Of a DNA stretch of 64,000 nt, positions 1 through 9,546 are shown one piece after another (position 1 is the first letter of the stretch; every line of letters begins with the position of its first letter). Location of the stretch: NCBI GenBank assembly GCA_964371615.1, contig CAYJMS010000001.1, positions 624,436-688,435 of the forward strand, given 5' to 3'. Origin of the DNA: an uncultured Chitinophagaceae bacterium. GTDB lineage: Bacteria > Bacteroidota > Ignavibacteria > UBA10030 > UBA8401. A program made the position numbers and the translations under genes. The notes beneath the pieces were generated by a model, which was not told the origin of the DNA, made no database searches, and saw nothing but the letters and a program-made list of their open reading frames with translations.

Positions 1-9
1 AGTGTTCCG

Positions 10-2586
10 GTGCAGGGCCTGATGAAAGGATCAAGCGCACTGGTCAATGCCGGGGAGGGTGCCGTCAACGATCAGGTTATTAGACAGAATGTTTTTTATC
101 ATGCCACGCTTCAGCCGTCGGGTTCGTTGGATGAATATCCCAATTCGCTGATGGGGAGGATCGCGCTGCTGCGTCAAACATTCATCGATGCACAATGGTA
201 TTCCGCCGCCCAAAAAATTTACCAAAAAAACAAGAGCCAAAAACGTCCCGAAGAAAACAGGTCTCTCGCCGCACTGGAAGAAGTTGTCAGCGGGGCGCAG
301 CGAATGATGTTCGAAATTACCGATGAATGGAATGCATTACGCGCCAATGCCGTTGCGCACGAGTTTAAAATACAACCTCTGTTTCTCGGCAGCGGTTATG
401 AATATCGTCGCATCAATGAGATAAAGGGAATCGGTGCTCCGTTTATACTTCCGGTCAACTTTCCCGATCCTCCCACTGTCGATACTCCGGAAGAAGCCAT
501 GAATGCCGGATATGAAGAATTACGCCACTGGGATTTTGCCTCCGAAAATCCGGCGCGGATGAAAAAAGCGGGAGTCATTTTTGCTTTGACGGCACATCAG
601 TTAAAGGATCCGGCTCAGTTCCGCACGATGGTCAAAACGGCAATCGACTGCGGTTTACACGCCGATGATGCCCTCGCTGCCGTTACCACTATCCCTGCGT
701 CTATCGTCGGCATGGAGAAACAACTGGGAACGATTGAACAGGGAAAGATGGCCAATATCATACTGGCCGACGGCGAATTGTTCAACGGCAAAACGAAAAT
801 CAGAGAGACATGGATCGACGGAATCCGGTATATAGTGCAGCCGGTACCGGAAACCGACATCCGCGGTACATGGTCATTTGCGGCTCCGGGTAAAATCGAC
901 ACCGCCACGATCAACATTTCCGGGACAGCGGAAAAACCTTCCGCTCAATTGCACGTTGCCGGTTTAAAAGTAAAATTCGGCTCTTTGACTGTCACAAATA
1001 ATCTGCTCAATTTTTCCGTCGCGGGAGATTCTATCGGATTGACCGGTGTCATTCGCTTTTCGGGCACAGTCTCCGGGAAATCCATGTCAGGCATAGTGGA
1101 ATATTTCGACGGTTCTTCGGGGAAATGGAAATCCGAATTCCGAACTGCTCACATCGAAAAACCGGATAGCGTGAAAGCATCGGTGTCGGATTGCGTATCC
1201 AACGATCTCCTCTTTCCCGACGGTGCATTTGGGCGGCGCGAAATTCCGAAACAGCAGGATCTTCTCATAAAAAATGCCACCATATGGACAAGCGGTCCGC
1301 AAGGAATTCTTGAAAATTCGGATATGCTGGTCAGCAAAGGAAAAATTACAAAGATAGGCAAAGCACTCACTGCACTCCCCGGTGCTGCTATAATAGATGC
1401 GACCGGTAAACATGTCACCGCGGGATTAATTGATGCCCATTCCCATACGGCAATCACCGGCGGTGTGAATGAAAGCGGACAGGCGATCACCGCCGAGGTA
1501 CGCATCGCCGATGTGATCAATCCCGACGATGTGAATATCTATCGCCAATTGGCAGGGGGTATTACCGCCGTCAATCAACTGCACGGATCCGCCAATGCCA
1601 TTGGCGGTCAGAATTCGGTGATCAAATTGCGATGGGGGATGACGGCCGAGGAGATGAAATTTGACGGGGCAATCCCCGGTATCAAATTTGCATTGGGTGA
1701 GAATCCGAAACAATCCAATTGGGGTGAACGGTTTACAACGCGGTATCCCCAGACACGCATGGGTGTGGAACAGATCATTCGGGATGAATTCATTGCCGCC
1801 CGGGAATATGAGCAGGCGATGAAGGTGAAACCTTCTGCCACCGTGATTCCTCCGCGCCGCGATCTGGAACTCGAAACAATTGTCGAGATCATCAACGGGA
1901 AACGGCTTGTTCATTCGCACTGTTACCGGCAGGACGAGATTCTGATGCTGCTCCGCGTTTCGGATGATTTTGGATTCACGATCGGTACGCTGCAGCATGT
2001 GCTGGAAGGATATAAAGTTGCCGACGAGATTGCTAAACGGAATGTCGGTGCTTCTCTTTTCAGCGATTGGTGGGCGTATAAATACGAGGTGGTAGACGCT
2101 ATTCCCTATGCAGGTGCATTGATGCACGAAGCGGGAGTATTGGTCACATACAATTCCGATAGCAATGAAATGGCGCGCCGGATGAATCTTGAGGCGGCCA
2201 AAGCGGTGAAATACGGCGGCGTCAGCAAAACCGATGCGCTGAATTTCGTCACGGTCAATGCGGCAAAACAACTCCGTATCGATAATCGTGTCGGGTCGCT
2301 GGAACCGGGCAAGGATGCCGATTTTGTCATTTGGAGCGGAGATCCGCTCTCCACATATACACGGTGCGAGCAGACATGGATCGACGGCCGGAGATATTTC
2401 GATCTGCAGGAAGATGCAGCAATGAATGCCGGTGTGAATGCCAAAAAAGCGGAACTAATTCAGAAAGCGCTGAAATCAAAAAAGAAAGGCTCCGGACCGA
2501 TGCCGGCCATGCCGCAGCGCAGCAGCGAGTTCTCGTGTTATGAACAGGGCCATTCGGGAGTAATGGAAAGCGAGGTTGGACAATGA
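10..2586 (+). CDS. Amidohydrolase-family metal-dependent hydrolase. Multi-domain: the C-terminal half of one amidohydrolase fold, a beta-rich linker, then a complete second amidohydrolase domain. The 5' end is cut by the window edge.
   Basis: ORF runs from the window edge with no start codon. Carries the DAHSHTAITGG metal-binding motif and a C-terminal GSLEPGKDADFVIWSGDPL motif typical of the amidohydrolase/dipeptidase superfamily. An earlier ...MANIILADGELF... segment resembles an amidohydrolase C-terminus. Confidence 0.75.
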   Translation: MQGLMKGSSALVNAGEGAVNDQVIRQNVFYHATLQPSGSLDEYPNSLMGRIALLRQTFIDAQWYSAAQKIYQKNKSQKRPEENRSLAALEEVVSGAQRMMFEITDEWNALRANAVAHEFKIQPLFLGSGYEYRRINEIKGIGAPFILPVNFPDPPTVDTPEEAMNAGYEELRHWDFASENPARMKKAGVIFALTAHQLKDPAQFRTMVKTAIDCGLHADDALAAVTTIPASIVGMEKQLGTIEQGKMANIILADGELFNGKTKIRETWIDGIRYIVQPVPETDIRGTWSFAAPGKIDTATINISGTAEKPSAQLHVAGLKVKFGSLTVTNNLLNFSVAGDSIGLTGVIRFSGTVSGKSMSGIVEYFDGSSGKWKSEFRTAHIEKPDSVKASVSDCVSNDLLFPDGAFGRREIPKQQDLLIKNATIWTSGPQGILENSDMLVSKGKITKIGKALTALPGAAIIDATGKHVTAGLIDAHSHTAITGGVNESGQAITAEVRIADVINPDDVNIYRQLAGGITAVNQLHGSANAIGGQNSVIKLRWGMTAEEMKFDGAIPGIKFALGENPKQSNWGERFTTRYPQTRMGVEQIIRDEFIAAREYEQAMKVKPSATVIPPRRDLELETIVEIINGKRLVHSHCYRQDEILMLLRVSDDFGFTIGTLQHVLEGYKVADEIAKRNVGASLFSDWWAYKYEVVDAIPYAGALMHEAGVLVTYNSDSNEMARRMNLEAAKAVKYGGVSKTDALNFVTVNAAKQLRIDNRVGSLEPGKDADFVIWSGDPLSTYTRCEQTWIDGRRYFDLQEDAAMNAGVNAKKAELIQKALKSKKKGSGPMPAMPQRSSEFSCYEQGHSGVMESEVGQ

Positions 2587-4181
2587 AGACGATTTTTGGA
2601 AAAATGAAAGATAAGAATAGAGAAGACAGAATACGGAAGACAGAAGCAAGCGTGATCATTGATAATTTAAAAATCAAAGATACATTTATTGCGAATTGGC
2701 AGGCACACTTTCAGGCAGATTTTTGGGCGAATTACCGGATATCCGGAATTTTTCTCGAAAACAGAAAATTGTCATTGCGAGTCCCGATGATTTGCATCGA
2801 GACGAAGCAATCTCGCCTCAATATTAAATTTCAAAAGATTGCCGCGGCCGCTGCGCGGTCCCGCAATGACCTTTCATTTTTATTATTGAGTTTGATATTA
2901 CTAATAGGATTTCAAACTGTCGCTGCTTCCGATCCGATTCCTGCAAAGAAGCAGGATAAGCCGATAGCGTTGATCGGCGGTACAATTCATACGGTGAGCG
3001 GGCCGGTGATCGAAAACGGAATGATAGTATTTGACAACGGAGTCATCGTTGCCATCGGAAAAGAAATATCCATTCCGCCGAATGCCGATCGGGTCGATGT
3101 TAGCGGTAAGCACGTCTATCCCGGCCTTATCAATGCCGCATCGGAGATCGGTTTGACGGAAATCGAAGCGGTCCGCGCGACGCTTGATATAAACGAAAGC
3201 GGCAAGTTCAATCCCAATGTCCGTACGGAAAGTGCAATCAATCCGGAATCAGAACTGATTCCGACAACGCGTGCCAACGGCATCGCCATTGCACATGTCA
3301 TTCCGCGGGGAGGCGTGATTGCGGGACGGACTTCGGCAATACTGCTGGACGGCTGGACGAATGAAGAGATGACCCTTGCCGCACCGGTCGGACTATATGT
3401 GAACTGGCCGTCGATGACAATTTCGCGGTCGCGTTTTGCCCGCCAGTCTGTAGAGGAACAAAAAAAGTCGATCGCCAAAAATCTGGAAGATCTCCGCATG
3501 GCTTTTGCCGACGCCCGTGCTTATGCAAAAACAAAAACAGCCGATCCGCAGCGTCACCGGACCGACATTCGCTGGGAAGCTATGCGGCCGCTGTTCGAAC
3601 GGAAAATACCGCTGCTCGTCAATGCGAATGACATGCAGCAAATCCGCTCCGCCGTGCAATTCGCGCGCGACGAAAACATCCGCCTTATCATCCATGGAGG
3701 ACGCGATGCCTGGAAGTTGACGGACCTGCTGAAAGAAAATAAAGTTCCGGTGATCGTTTCAGGGACGCACCAACTTCCGGCGCGAAGGGAAGATCGGTAC
3801 GATACGCCGTTTTCACTCCCTAAAAAATTATTCGATGCGGGAATCATGATTGCTATTGCCGGTGAAGGAAATGCGGCGATGAATGAGCGGAACGTCGGTT
3901 ATCAGGCGGCGATCGCAGCGGCATACGGATTGCCGAAGCAGGAAGCCCTCCGCGCTGTTACTCTAAATGCCGCCACCATACTTGGTATCGATAACAGAGT
4001 CGGTTCATTGGAGGCAGGGAAGGATGCCACTATTATAGTATGCGACGGAGATCCCCTTGAAATTATGACGACGGTGAAAATGCAGTTCATCGAAGGGAAA
4101 ATGGTTGACCTGCGAAGCAAACACACGCAATTATGGTTGAAATACACCGAGAAATATAAACAGTTGCGAAATAAGCAATAA
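2583..4181 (+). CDS. Secreted amidohydrolase-family protein, paralogous to the upstream gene. The true start is probably downstream of the listed ORF start.
   Basis: C-terminal GSLEAGKDATIIVCDGDPLE amidohydrolase motif. ATGA stop/start overlap with the upstream gene. A signal-peptide-like LSFLLLSLILLIGFQTVAAS appears only about 100 codons into the ORF. An in-frame ATG at 2787 or TTG at 2886 are more plausible starts. Confidence 0.7.
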   Translation: MKTIFGKMKDKNREDRIRKTEASVIIDNLKIKDTFIANWQAHFQADFWANYRISGIFLENRKLSLRVPMICIETKQSRLNIKFQKIAAAAARSRNDLSFLLLSLILLIGFQTVAASDPIPAKKQDKPIALIGGTIHTVSGPVIENGMIVFDNGVIVAIGKEISIPPNADRVDVSGKHVYPGLINAASEIGLTEIEAVRATLDINESGKFNPNVRTESAINPESELIPTTRANGIAIAHVIPRGGVIAGRTSAILLDGWTNEEMTLAAPVGLYVNWPSMTISRSRFARQSVEEQKKSIAKNLEDLRMAFADARAYAKTKTADPQRHRTDIRWEAMRPLFERKIPLLVNANDMQQIRSAVQFARDENIRLIIHGGRDAWKLTDLLKENKVPVIVSGTHQLPARREDRYDTPFSLPKKLFDAGIMIAIAGEGNAAMNERNVGYQAAIAAAYGLPKQEALRAVTLNAATILGIDNRVGSLEAGKDATIIVCDGDPLEIMTTVKMQFIEGKMVDLRSKHTQLWLKYTEKYKQLRNKQ

Positions 4182-4323
4182 CAGTGCTGATCATATGTAT
4201 CGTCTTTTGGTAAAGAGAATCGCTAGGGTGTTTTTTTTAGAAATCATCAATTTTCCTCTTTGATATGAGCAAAACAGCGTTATGGCAAGAATGTGCTTAA
4301 ATGAAGAAATAATCACATGCCTA

Positions 4324-4352
4324 TTGACAAAAAACAAGCATTCTTTTATCTT
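4324..4352 (+). promoter_or_regulatory. Candidate sigma70-type promoter upstream of the BNR-repeat gene (TTGACA-N17-TATCTT).
   Basis: TTGACA at 4324-4329, a 17-nt spacer, and TATCTT at 4347-4352, read directly from the sequence. Confidence 0.35.
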
Positions 4353-4468
4353 TCAGCACAATACACAATCGTTGTAATGCTGCAAGCAGAAAGGAGATGA
4401 GCTGCTTCGCAAAAAAGTGTTTTGTTTCACCAATCATCCAATTCATCTATTCATTAACAGGAGGAGTC

Positions 4469-6301
4469 ATGTTAAAAAAAGTATCTACACTTTTGCTTAT
4501 TGCGGTGTTCATGGTGGCCGCAGTAGGTTTTGCAGGTGTGAGCAAGGAGAGAAAGTATAAAGTGGCAGGAGAATCGGTTGTGATGAGTAGTGAGATTGCT
4601 GCAACAAGCAGCAAACTTGCGAAAACTAAACCGGTCGTCGTTCCCGTTACAGCTGGACCGGCAGAAGGTATCGTTATCGGTACCGGAGATTACGACTACG
4701 GTTGGAACTCCGGAAGCCCGAGACACATTGCTGTTTTTGATAATGGCAACAAAGTTCATATGACTTATATGACGCGCGATTTGGCACAGGCGTCACCGGC
4801 AAACCGCCGCGGTCAGGTATATGTGTTCTGGGATGCAGCATCGCCGACAACATTGACAACAACATTGCCCCGTCCGCTCGCCACCGGCGCAACCGGATTT
4901 GGTGCTGTTGACGTGATTCCCGCCGGCGCAGGTGCCGGTATTGCGGTGATGGTGTATCACGTACCGAACTTCTTCGCAATCGACGGTTCTCCGGGCGGAG
5001 CGGCATTCACAGAATCCGCTATGCCTTCCCCGATAGGTGATGCCGGTTCAACGGATCCTGAAATTGCCGTCTCCAAAGATGGTAATACACTCTGGTATTC
5101 CGATTCCTATTTCCGTACTGATTATCTCGTTACTAAATCAACGGATTTCGGTGCAACGTGGGCTCAGTATGATACATTGTTCTCCCACTACACCCCGGGC
5201 TTTGCCGGAACAGGTGCACTGGACAATCCGCTTATTACCGCACCGAACGGTGACGTCTATATGGTGACGACACTTGCCGGTGACGGTGCAGCACCTCCGC
5301 TGGATACCGTGACGCAATTTGTCGATCAGATCGGTTATTACAAAACGACCGACGACGGCGCTACCTGGACTTGGACCATGCTCGGAAAAGACGGTGATGC
5401 ACTTGTCGTTGCTCCCGGCGATACGGTCTATGTGTTGTTCGAAAACTTCTCCGGTTCCGACGCTGTTGTTGATGCCAACAACAATCTACACGTTGTTGCG
5501 AATGGATATACACAGAAGATCATCAACGATTCGACCGCTTCCAACCGTTTCTACACATTGTACTGGAAGACCGGTCAATCCGGCTGGAAGATCATCTCCA
5601 ACCCCGCACATGGCGCATATGCGGATTATGATTCTGCATACTATGTATACAGCGGAAATGCTATTGGACATGCCTATCCGACAATTGCTGCCGGCGGTTC
5701 AATCGTGTACGCACAATGGTCGCAGGCTCGTTTTGTCGATGGCAAGATGGACACCACCGGTGGAATCTGCGAATACGATCTTTGGTATTCAAAGTCATTT
5801 GATAATGGAGCAACGTGGGATGCTGCCGCGAAAATTGATAATTCGACCGGCGGATTATTCTCTACTGCTGCCGAAGAGATCGTCATTTCCGGAAATACCG
5901 CAACCGTATACTATACGTACATCGCTGATGATGCACGCGGATGCTTCGTGTTCGGTGAAGGCGTTTCCTCGATGGCACCGAATGTCTTCCGTACCAACTC
6001 ATTCGTAACATCGGTTGGCAACGACGTCGTGAATCCGGCATCGTTCGAATTGGCACAGAACTTCCCGAATCCGTTCAACCCGACCACCAGCATCCGGTAC
6101 ACAGTCGGCAAGGCAGACAATGTCAGCCTGACAGTGTACAATATGCTCGGTCAGGAAATCGCTTCGGTTGTGAACCAGTTCCAAACAGCCGGATCGTACA
6201 CCGTGAACTTCGACGCTTCGAAGCTCGCTTCAGGTATGTATCTGTACAAGATTCAATCCGGTTCCTTCTCCGATGTGAAGAAGATGATGCTCTTAAAGTA
6301 A
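4469..6301 (+). CDS. Secreted BNR/Asp-box repeat (sialidase-like beta-propeller) protein with a T9SS C-terminal sorting domain.
   Basis: AGGAGG RBS at 4459-4465 and ATG at 4469 give the signal peptide MLKKVSTLLLIAVFMVAAVGFAG. Several S-x-D-x-G-x-T-W Asp-boxes are present (STDFGATW, SKDGNTLW, TDDGATWTW, SFDNGATWD). The C-terminus (…SLTVYNMLGQEIASVV…ASGMYLYKIQSGSFSDVKKMMLLK) matches a Por-secretion tail. The listed ORF start at 4397 is probably too early. Confidence 0.7.
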   Translation: MLKKVSTLLLIAVFMVAAVGFAGVSKERKYKVAGESVVMSSEIAATSSKLAKTKPVVVPVTAGPAEGIVIGTGDYDYGWNSGSPRHIAVFDNGNKVHMTYMTRDLAQASPANRRGQVYVFWDAASPTTLTTTLPRPLATGATGFGAVDVIPAGAGAGIAVMVYHVPNFFAIDGSPGGAAFTESAMPSPIGDAGSTDPEIAVSKDGNTLWYSDSYFRTDYLVTKSTDFGATWAQYDTLFSHYTPGFAGTGALDNPLITAPNGDVYMVTTLAGDGAAPPLDTVTQFVDQIGYYKTTDDGATWTWTMLGKDGDALVVAPGDTVYVLFENFSGSDAVVDANNNLHVVANGYTQKIINDSTASNRFYTLYWKTGQSGWKIISNPAHGAYADYDSAYYVYSGNAIGHAYPTIAAGGSIVYAQWSQARFVDGKMDTTGGICEYDLWYSKSFDNGATWDAAAKIDNSTGGLFSTAAEEIVISGNTATVYYTYIADDARGCFVFGEGVSSMAPNVFRTNSFVTSVGNDVVNPASFELAQNFPNPFNPTTSIRYTVGKADNVSLTVYNMLGQEIASVVNQFQTAGSYTVNFDASKLASGMYLYKIQSGSFSDVKKMMLLK

Positions 6302-6337
6302 TCGTCCCGACACAACGAAGAACCCTGTAGTTCAATG

Positions 6338-6368
6338 CCTCCGGACTGAATAAGTCCGGAGGTGTTCT
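6338..6368 (+). terminator. Rho-independent terminator after the BNR gene.
   Basis: Hairpin CCTCCGGACT-gaata-AGTCCGGAGG followed by TGTTCT. Confidence 0.5.
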
Positions 6369-6487
6369 AAAAAATGAAAGGCAGCAAACACAATTTGGAA
6401 ATTGATACACAGCAATAACAGTTAAACCCCACAACCGAAAGCATGCATCCTTGGTGCATGTTTTTATTATCTATATCGGAGGTCCTC

Positions 6488-9400
6488 ATGTCTTCACTCC
6501 TTAGACCGCACTATGTGCTGTTGATGATCGTGCTGTTTTCATCATCGGTCTTTGCCGCCAGCAAGATCCGCGGTAAAGTCACCGACAAGCAGTCCGGTGA
6601 GCCGTTGATCGGCGCATCTGTCGTTATTGAAGGAACAACGCAGGGTGCGTCGACCGATGTTAACGGCGACTATATTATCCTCAACGTACTCCCCGGAAAG
6701 TACACCATCCGCACGTCGTATCTCGGTTACCAGAACGTCACCATCTCGAACGTCGTCGTCAATATCGATTTGACGACCGATCTCAATTTCGAGCTGTCGT
6801 CCGAAGCGGTCAGTCTGCAAGCCGTTCAGATCGTCGCAGAAGCGCCGCTGGTGAACAAGAACGCCACCAACACAGTGGTCCAGTTCAAATCCGATCAGAT
6901 CGAAAACATTCCCGTTCGCGGTGTGCAAGGTGTTTTTGCGCTGGCCGGTGGCATCGTGCAACAGGGGGGTAACCTGTATGTGCGCGGCGGCCGTACCGGC
7001 GAAGTCGCGTTTTATGTCGACGGAGTTCTGGTAAACAATCCGATGAACCGTCAGAGCGCACTGACGCTCAATAATAATGCGATCGAAGAAGTATCCGCAC
7101 AAATCGGCGGTATGACCGCAGAGTACGGCAACGCGCTTTCCGGCGTCGTCAATACCACGACCAAGATCGGTGCAGCGCGATATAACATCAGCGCCGAAGT
7201 GATTACGGACGGCTTCTTAAGCAAATCCGAAAAAGTGCTGAACACGTATTCCTATGGATTGAACGAATATTCATTGACGTTCGGCGGTCCCGTGATCCCC
7301 GGAAACGAAGCGATCCGGTTCTTTGTCGCCGGTTCCAGAACGTTCAACCGAAGCAATCCTTCGTTTATCGACGGTATGAAGTTTCCGATAACGATCGATA
7401 CTACCGATATCACGTCTGCTGATTTCGAGGTACTGGACAGGGATGCCGGAACGATACAGGGCGGTCTTGATGGATCAACCGGTCGTCGTGCTGTGCTGGC
7501 CGATATGCTGAATCAGACCAACCTTCAAGGTGGCAGGACGTTCGGCGGTTTGGCGAATGATGTGTGGAGCCTAAACGGTAATGTGTATGTTGATCTTAAA
7601 CAGTTCAACGTGAAGGCCGGCGGAACATACTCCCAGGGCGTGAACTTTACATCGTTGGGCAAAGCGATTGGCGCGTATCGCGTGGCATCAGGTTCGTATC
7701 GTCCGGGGAAAACGGAAACAGAGGATTACTCCGTGTTTGCCAAGTTGACCCACGTACTTGATCCTTCGACATACTATTCAATCAATGCCAACTATTTCTC
7801 CTTCTTCCAGGAATTCGGCGATGCAGTGCTCTTCAGAGATTATGAGAATTACGGTAACCTGTATCATCCGGCCAATTCCTATCTCGTCGGTCCCAGTCGC
7901 GAACCGAACACATTTTCTTTGTTCGGTATTCCGGCAATTGCAGCGCCGGGATTTATGTCGCAAAAGAATTACGGGAAGAGTTCACGGACCAGTATTTCCG
8001 GCAGATTTGATTTTGTACGTCAGGTGAGCAATGTATGGGAATTCAAAGTTGGCGCTGAATTGCAGCGCTATACCATCCGCTCATATGCATTCCAGAGCAG
8101 CGGTGCATTTGCATTGTATCGAAACAAATATACAAATCCGACTGCATCTGATTGGGCCAATTATAACAGGTCGAATGTCACCTTCTATGGCTATGACATT
8201 TACGGAAATGAATTTGACGGCGGATCGTTTACCGATAAGACCGGAACAACGGTCAATCTGCCGAACGACGGTGCACGTCATCCAATGATGATCGGCACCT
8301 ATGTGCAAAACAAGATCGAAATGAGCGACCTTATCCTGAATATCGGAGCCCGATTCGATTATATCGATCCGGGAGCGAAGATCTACAAGAACCAGCGTTC
8401 TATCGGCATTGAAACAATCGACGGCATTCCGGTGATAGCCGACAGCGGATTGATTGCACAGGAAGTGACTATGCAGATAAGTCCCAGGATCGGTTTTTCG
8501 TTCCCGGTGACCGACAAGACAGTGTTTCATGCTGAATATGGAAAATTCATTGCGCAGGGTCAGTTGAACGATCTGTATATATCTTCGACAGCGGCCGGTC
8601 GTTTCTTAAACGGCGGTCTGGCAGCGCAATTATCCAATCCGAATCTGAAACCGGAAAGAACCACTGATTATCAGATCGGTTTCCGGCAGCAGCTGGGTGA
8701 TGTATCGGCATTCGATCTTTCGTTCTTTTATAAAGATACGAAGGACCTCATTGTAATCCGGCAGATCATTCCGGAACTGGGTGCGCCGCACAGCGCATAC
8801 ATCGGAAATGTCAACGGCGACTTCGGAACGGTCCGTGGCTTGACGTTACGCTACGACATCCGCCGCATCAACCGCATTTCATTGAATGCCAGTTACACGA
8901 TGCAAAGTGCACAGGCAACCGGATCCAATTCCGCAACACACTTTAATATTGCCTGGCAGGATGTGAGTGGTCCGGACGGTCAGCCGTATTTCCCGGTTAT
9001 TCCGGCACCGACAACGTTCGACCGTACGCATTTTGGCAATATTAACCTTGATTACCGGTTTGCAGAAAATGACGGTCCGGTCCTTTTCGATTCGAAGATC
9101 CTTGAAAGGGCTGGAGCAAACTTTCTGTTCACATTTTCCAGCGGAATCCGCTATACGCGGAATCAGGTGGACGGAGTATTTTTCGGTACGAACGCTCCCG
9201 TGTCGTATGAGAATATCAATGCATCAAGTGCTCCGTGGAATTTCCAGCTCGACCTACGTGTGAATAAAGTGATCGGAATGATGAAGGGTGTTGATCTTGA
9301 TGTCTACGTTTGGGTCGTGAATGTGTTGAATACCAAAAATATCGTCAACGTGTATCCTGCTACCGGACTGCCGGATAACGACGGTTACCTCACTACGGAT

Positions 9401-9526
9401 AACGGTGCGAATTATCTTGCGAGTCAGAAAGAAGGAGTCGCTGATTTTTATAAATACCTCATCGATGTTGAAGGTAATTACAGCACCCCGAGGGTCATTC
9501 GCCTCGGTGCACGATTGACATTTTAA
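6488..9526 (+). CDS. TonB-dependent outer-membrane receptor, SusC/RagA-like: a CarboxypepD_reg-like N-domain, a plug domain, then a beta-barrel.
   Basis: GGAGGT RBS precedes the ATG at 6488. The signal peptide is MSSLLRPHYVLLMIVLFSSSVFAAS. The carboxypeptidase-regulatory-like segment (KIRGKVTDKQSGEPLIGASVVIEGT…GYQNVTI) and plug-like segment are followed by a 1000-aa barrel ending in the aromatic C-terminal residue (…RLGARLTF). Confidence 0.85.
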   Translation: MSSLLRPHYVLLMIVLFSSSVFAASKIRGKVTDKQSGEPLIGASVVIEGTTQGASTDVNGDYIILNVLPGKYTIRTSYLGYQNVTISNVVVNIDLTTDLNFELSSEAVSLQAVQIVAEAPLVNKNATNTVVQFKSDQIENIPVRGVQGVFALAGGIVQQGGNLYVRGGRTGEVAFYVDGVLVNNPMNRQSALTLNNNAIEEVSAQIGGMTAEYGNALSGVVNTTTKIGAARYNISAEVITDGFLSKSEKVLNTYSYGLNEYSLTFGGPVIPGNEAIRFFVAGSRTFNRSNPSFIDGMKFPITIDTTDITSADFEVLDRDAGTIQGGLDGSTGRRAVLADMLNQTNLQGGRTFGGLANDVWSLNGNVYVDLKQFNVKAGGTYSQGVNFTSLGKAIGAYRVASGSYRPGKTETEDYSVFAKLTHVLDPSTYYSINANYFSFFQEFGDAVLFRDYENYGNLYHPANSYLVGPSREPNTFSLFGIPAIAAPGFMSQKNYGKSSRTSISGRFDFVRQVSNVWEFKVGAELQRYTIRSYAFQSSGAFALYRNKYTNPTASDWANYNRSNVTFYGYDIYGNEFDGGSFTDKTGTTVNLPNDGARHPMMIGTYVQNKIEMSDLILNIGARFDYIDPGAKIYKNQRSIGIETIDGIPVIADSGLIAQEVTMQISPRIGFSFPVTDKTVFHAEYGKFIAQGQLNDLYISSTAAGRFLNGGLAAQLSNPNLKPERTTDYQIGFRQQLGDVSAFDLSFFYKDTKDLIVIRQIIPELGAPHSAYIGNVNGDFGTVRGLTLRYDIRRINRISLNASYTMQSAQATGSNSATHFNIAWQDVSGPDGQPYFPVIPAPTTFDRTHFGNINLDYRFAENDGPVLFDSKILERAGANFLFTFSSGIRYTRNQVDGVFFGTNAPVSYENINASSAPWNFQLDLRVNKVIGMMKGVDLDVYVWVVNVLNTKNIVNVYPATGLPDNDGYLTTDNGANYLASQKEGVADFYKYLIDVEGNYSTPRVIRLGARLTF

Positions 9527-9546
9527 TCTTAAGGAGTATCATAACA

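Noticed and set aside
1426-2271. Long antisense or out-of-frame ORFs inside confident genes. Examples: 1426-2271(-), 15531-16235(-), 18197-18910(-), 20535-21254(-), 52640-53434(+), 53020-53709(+), 55994-56869(+), 59715-60809(+).
   Set aside because: These are shadow ORFs on the opposite strand of strongly supported genes (amidohydrolase, cydA, pyrE/mscS, thymidine phosphorylase, mreB, purH, ldcA, nuoD). Their translations are low-complexity and Arg/Cys/His-rich, typical of non-coding frames in GC-moderate DNA.
2583-2786. The roughly 100-codon N-terminal extension of the second amidohydrolase ORF.
   Set aside because: It precedes the predicted signal peptide and has atypical composition. It is probably untranslated 5' sequence captured by a long open frame.
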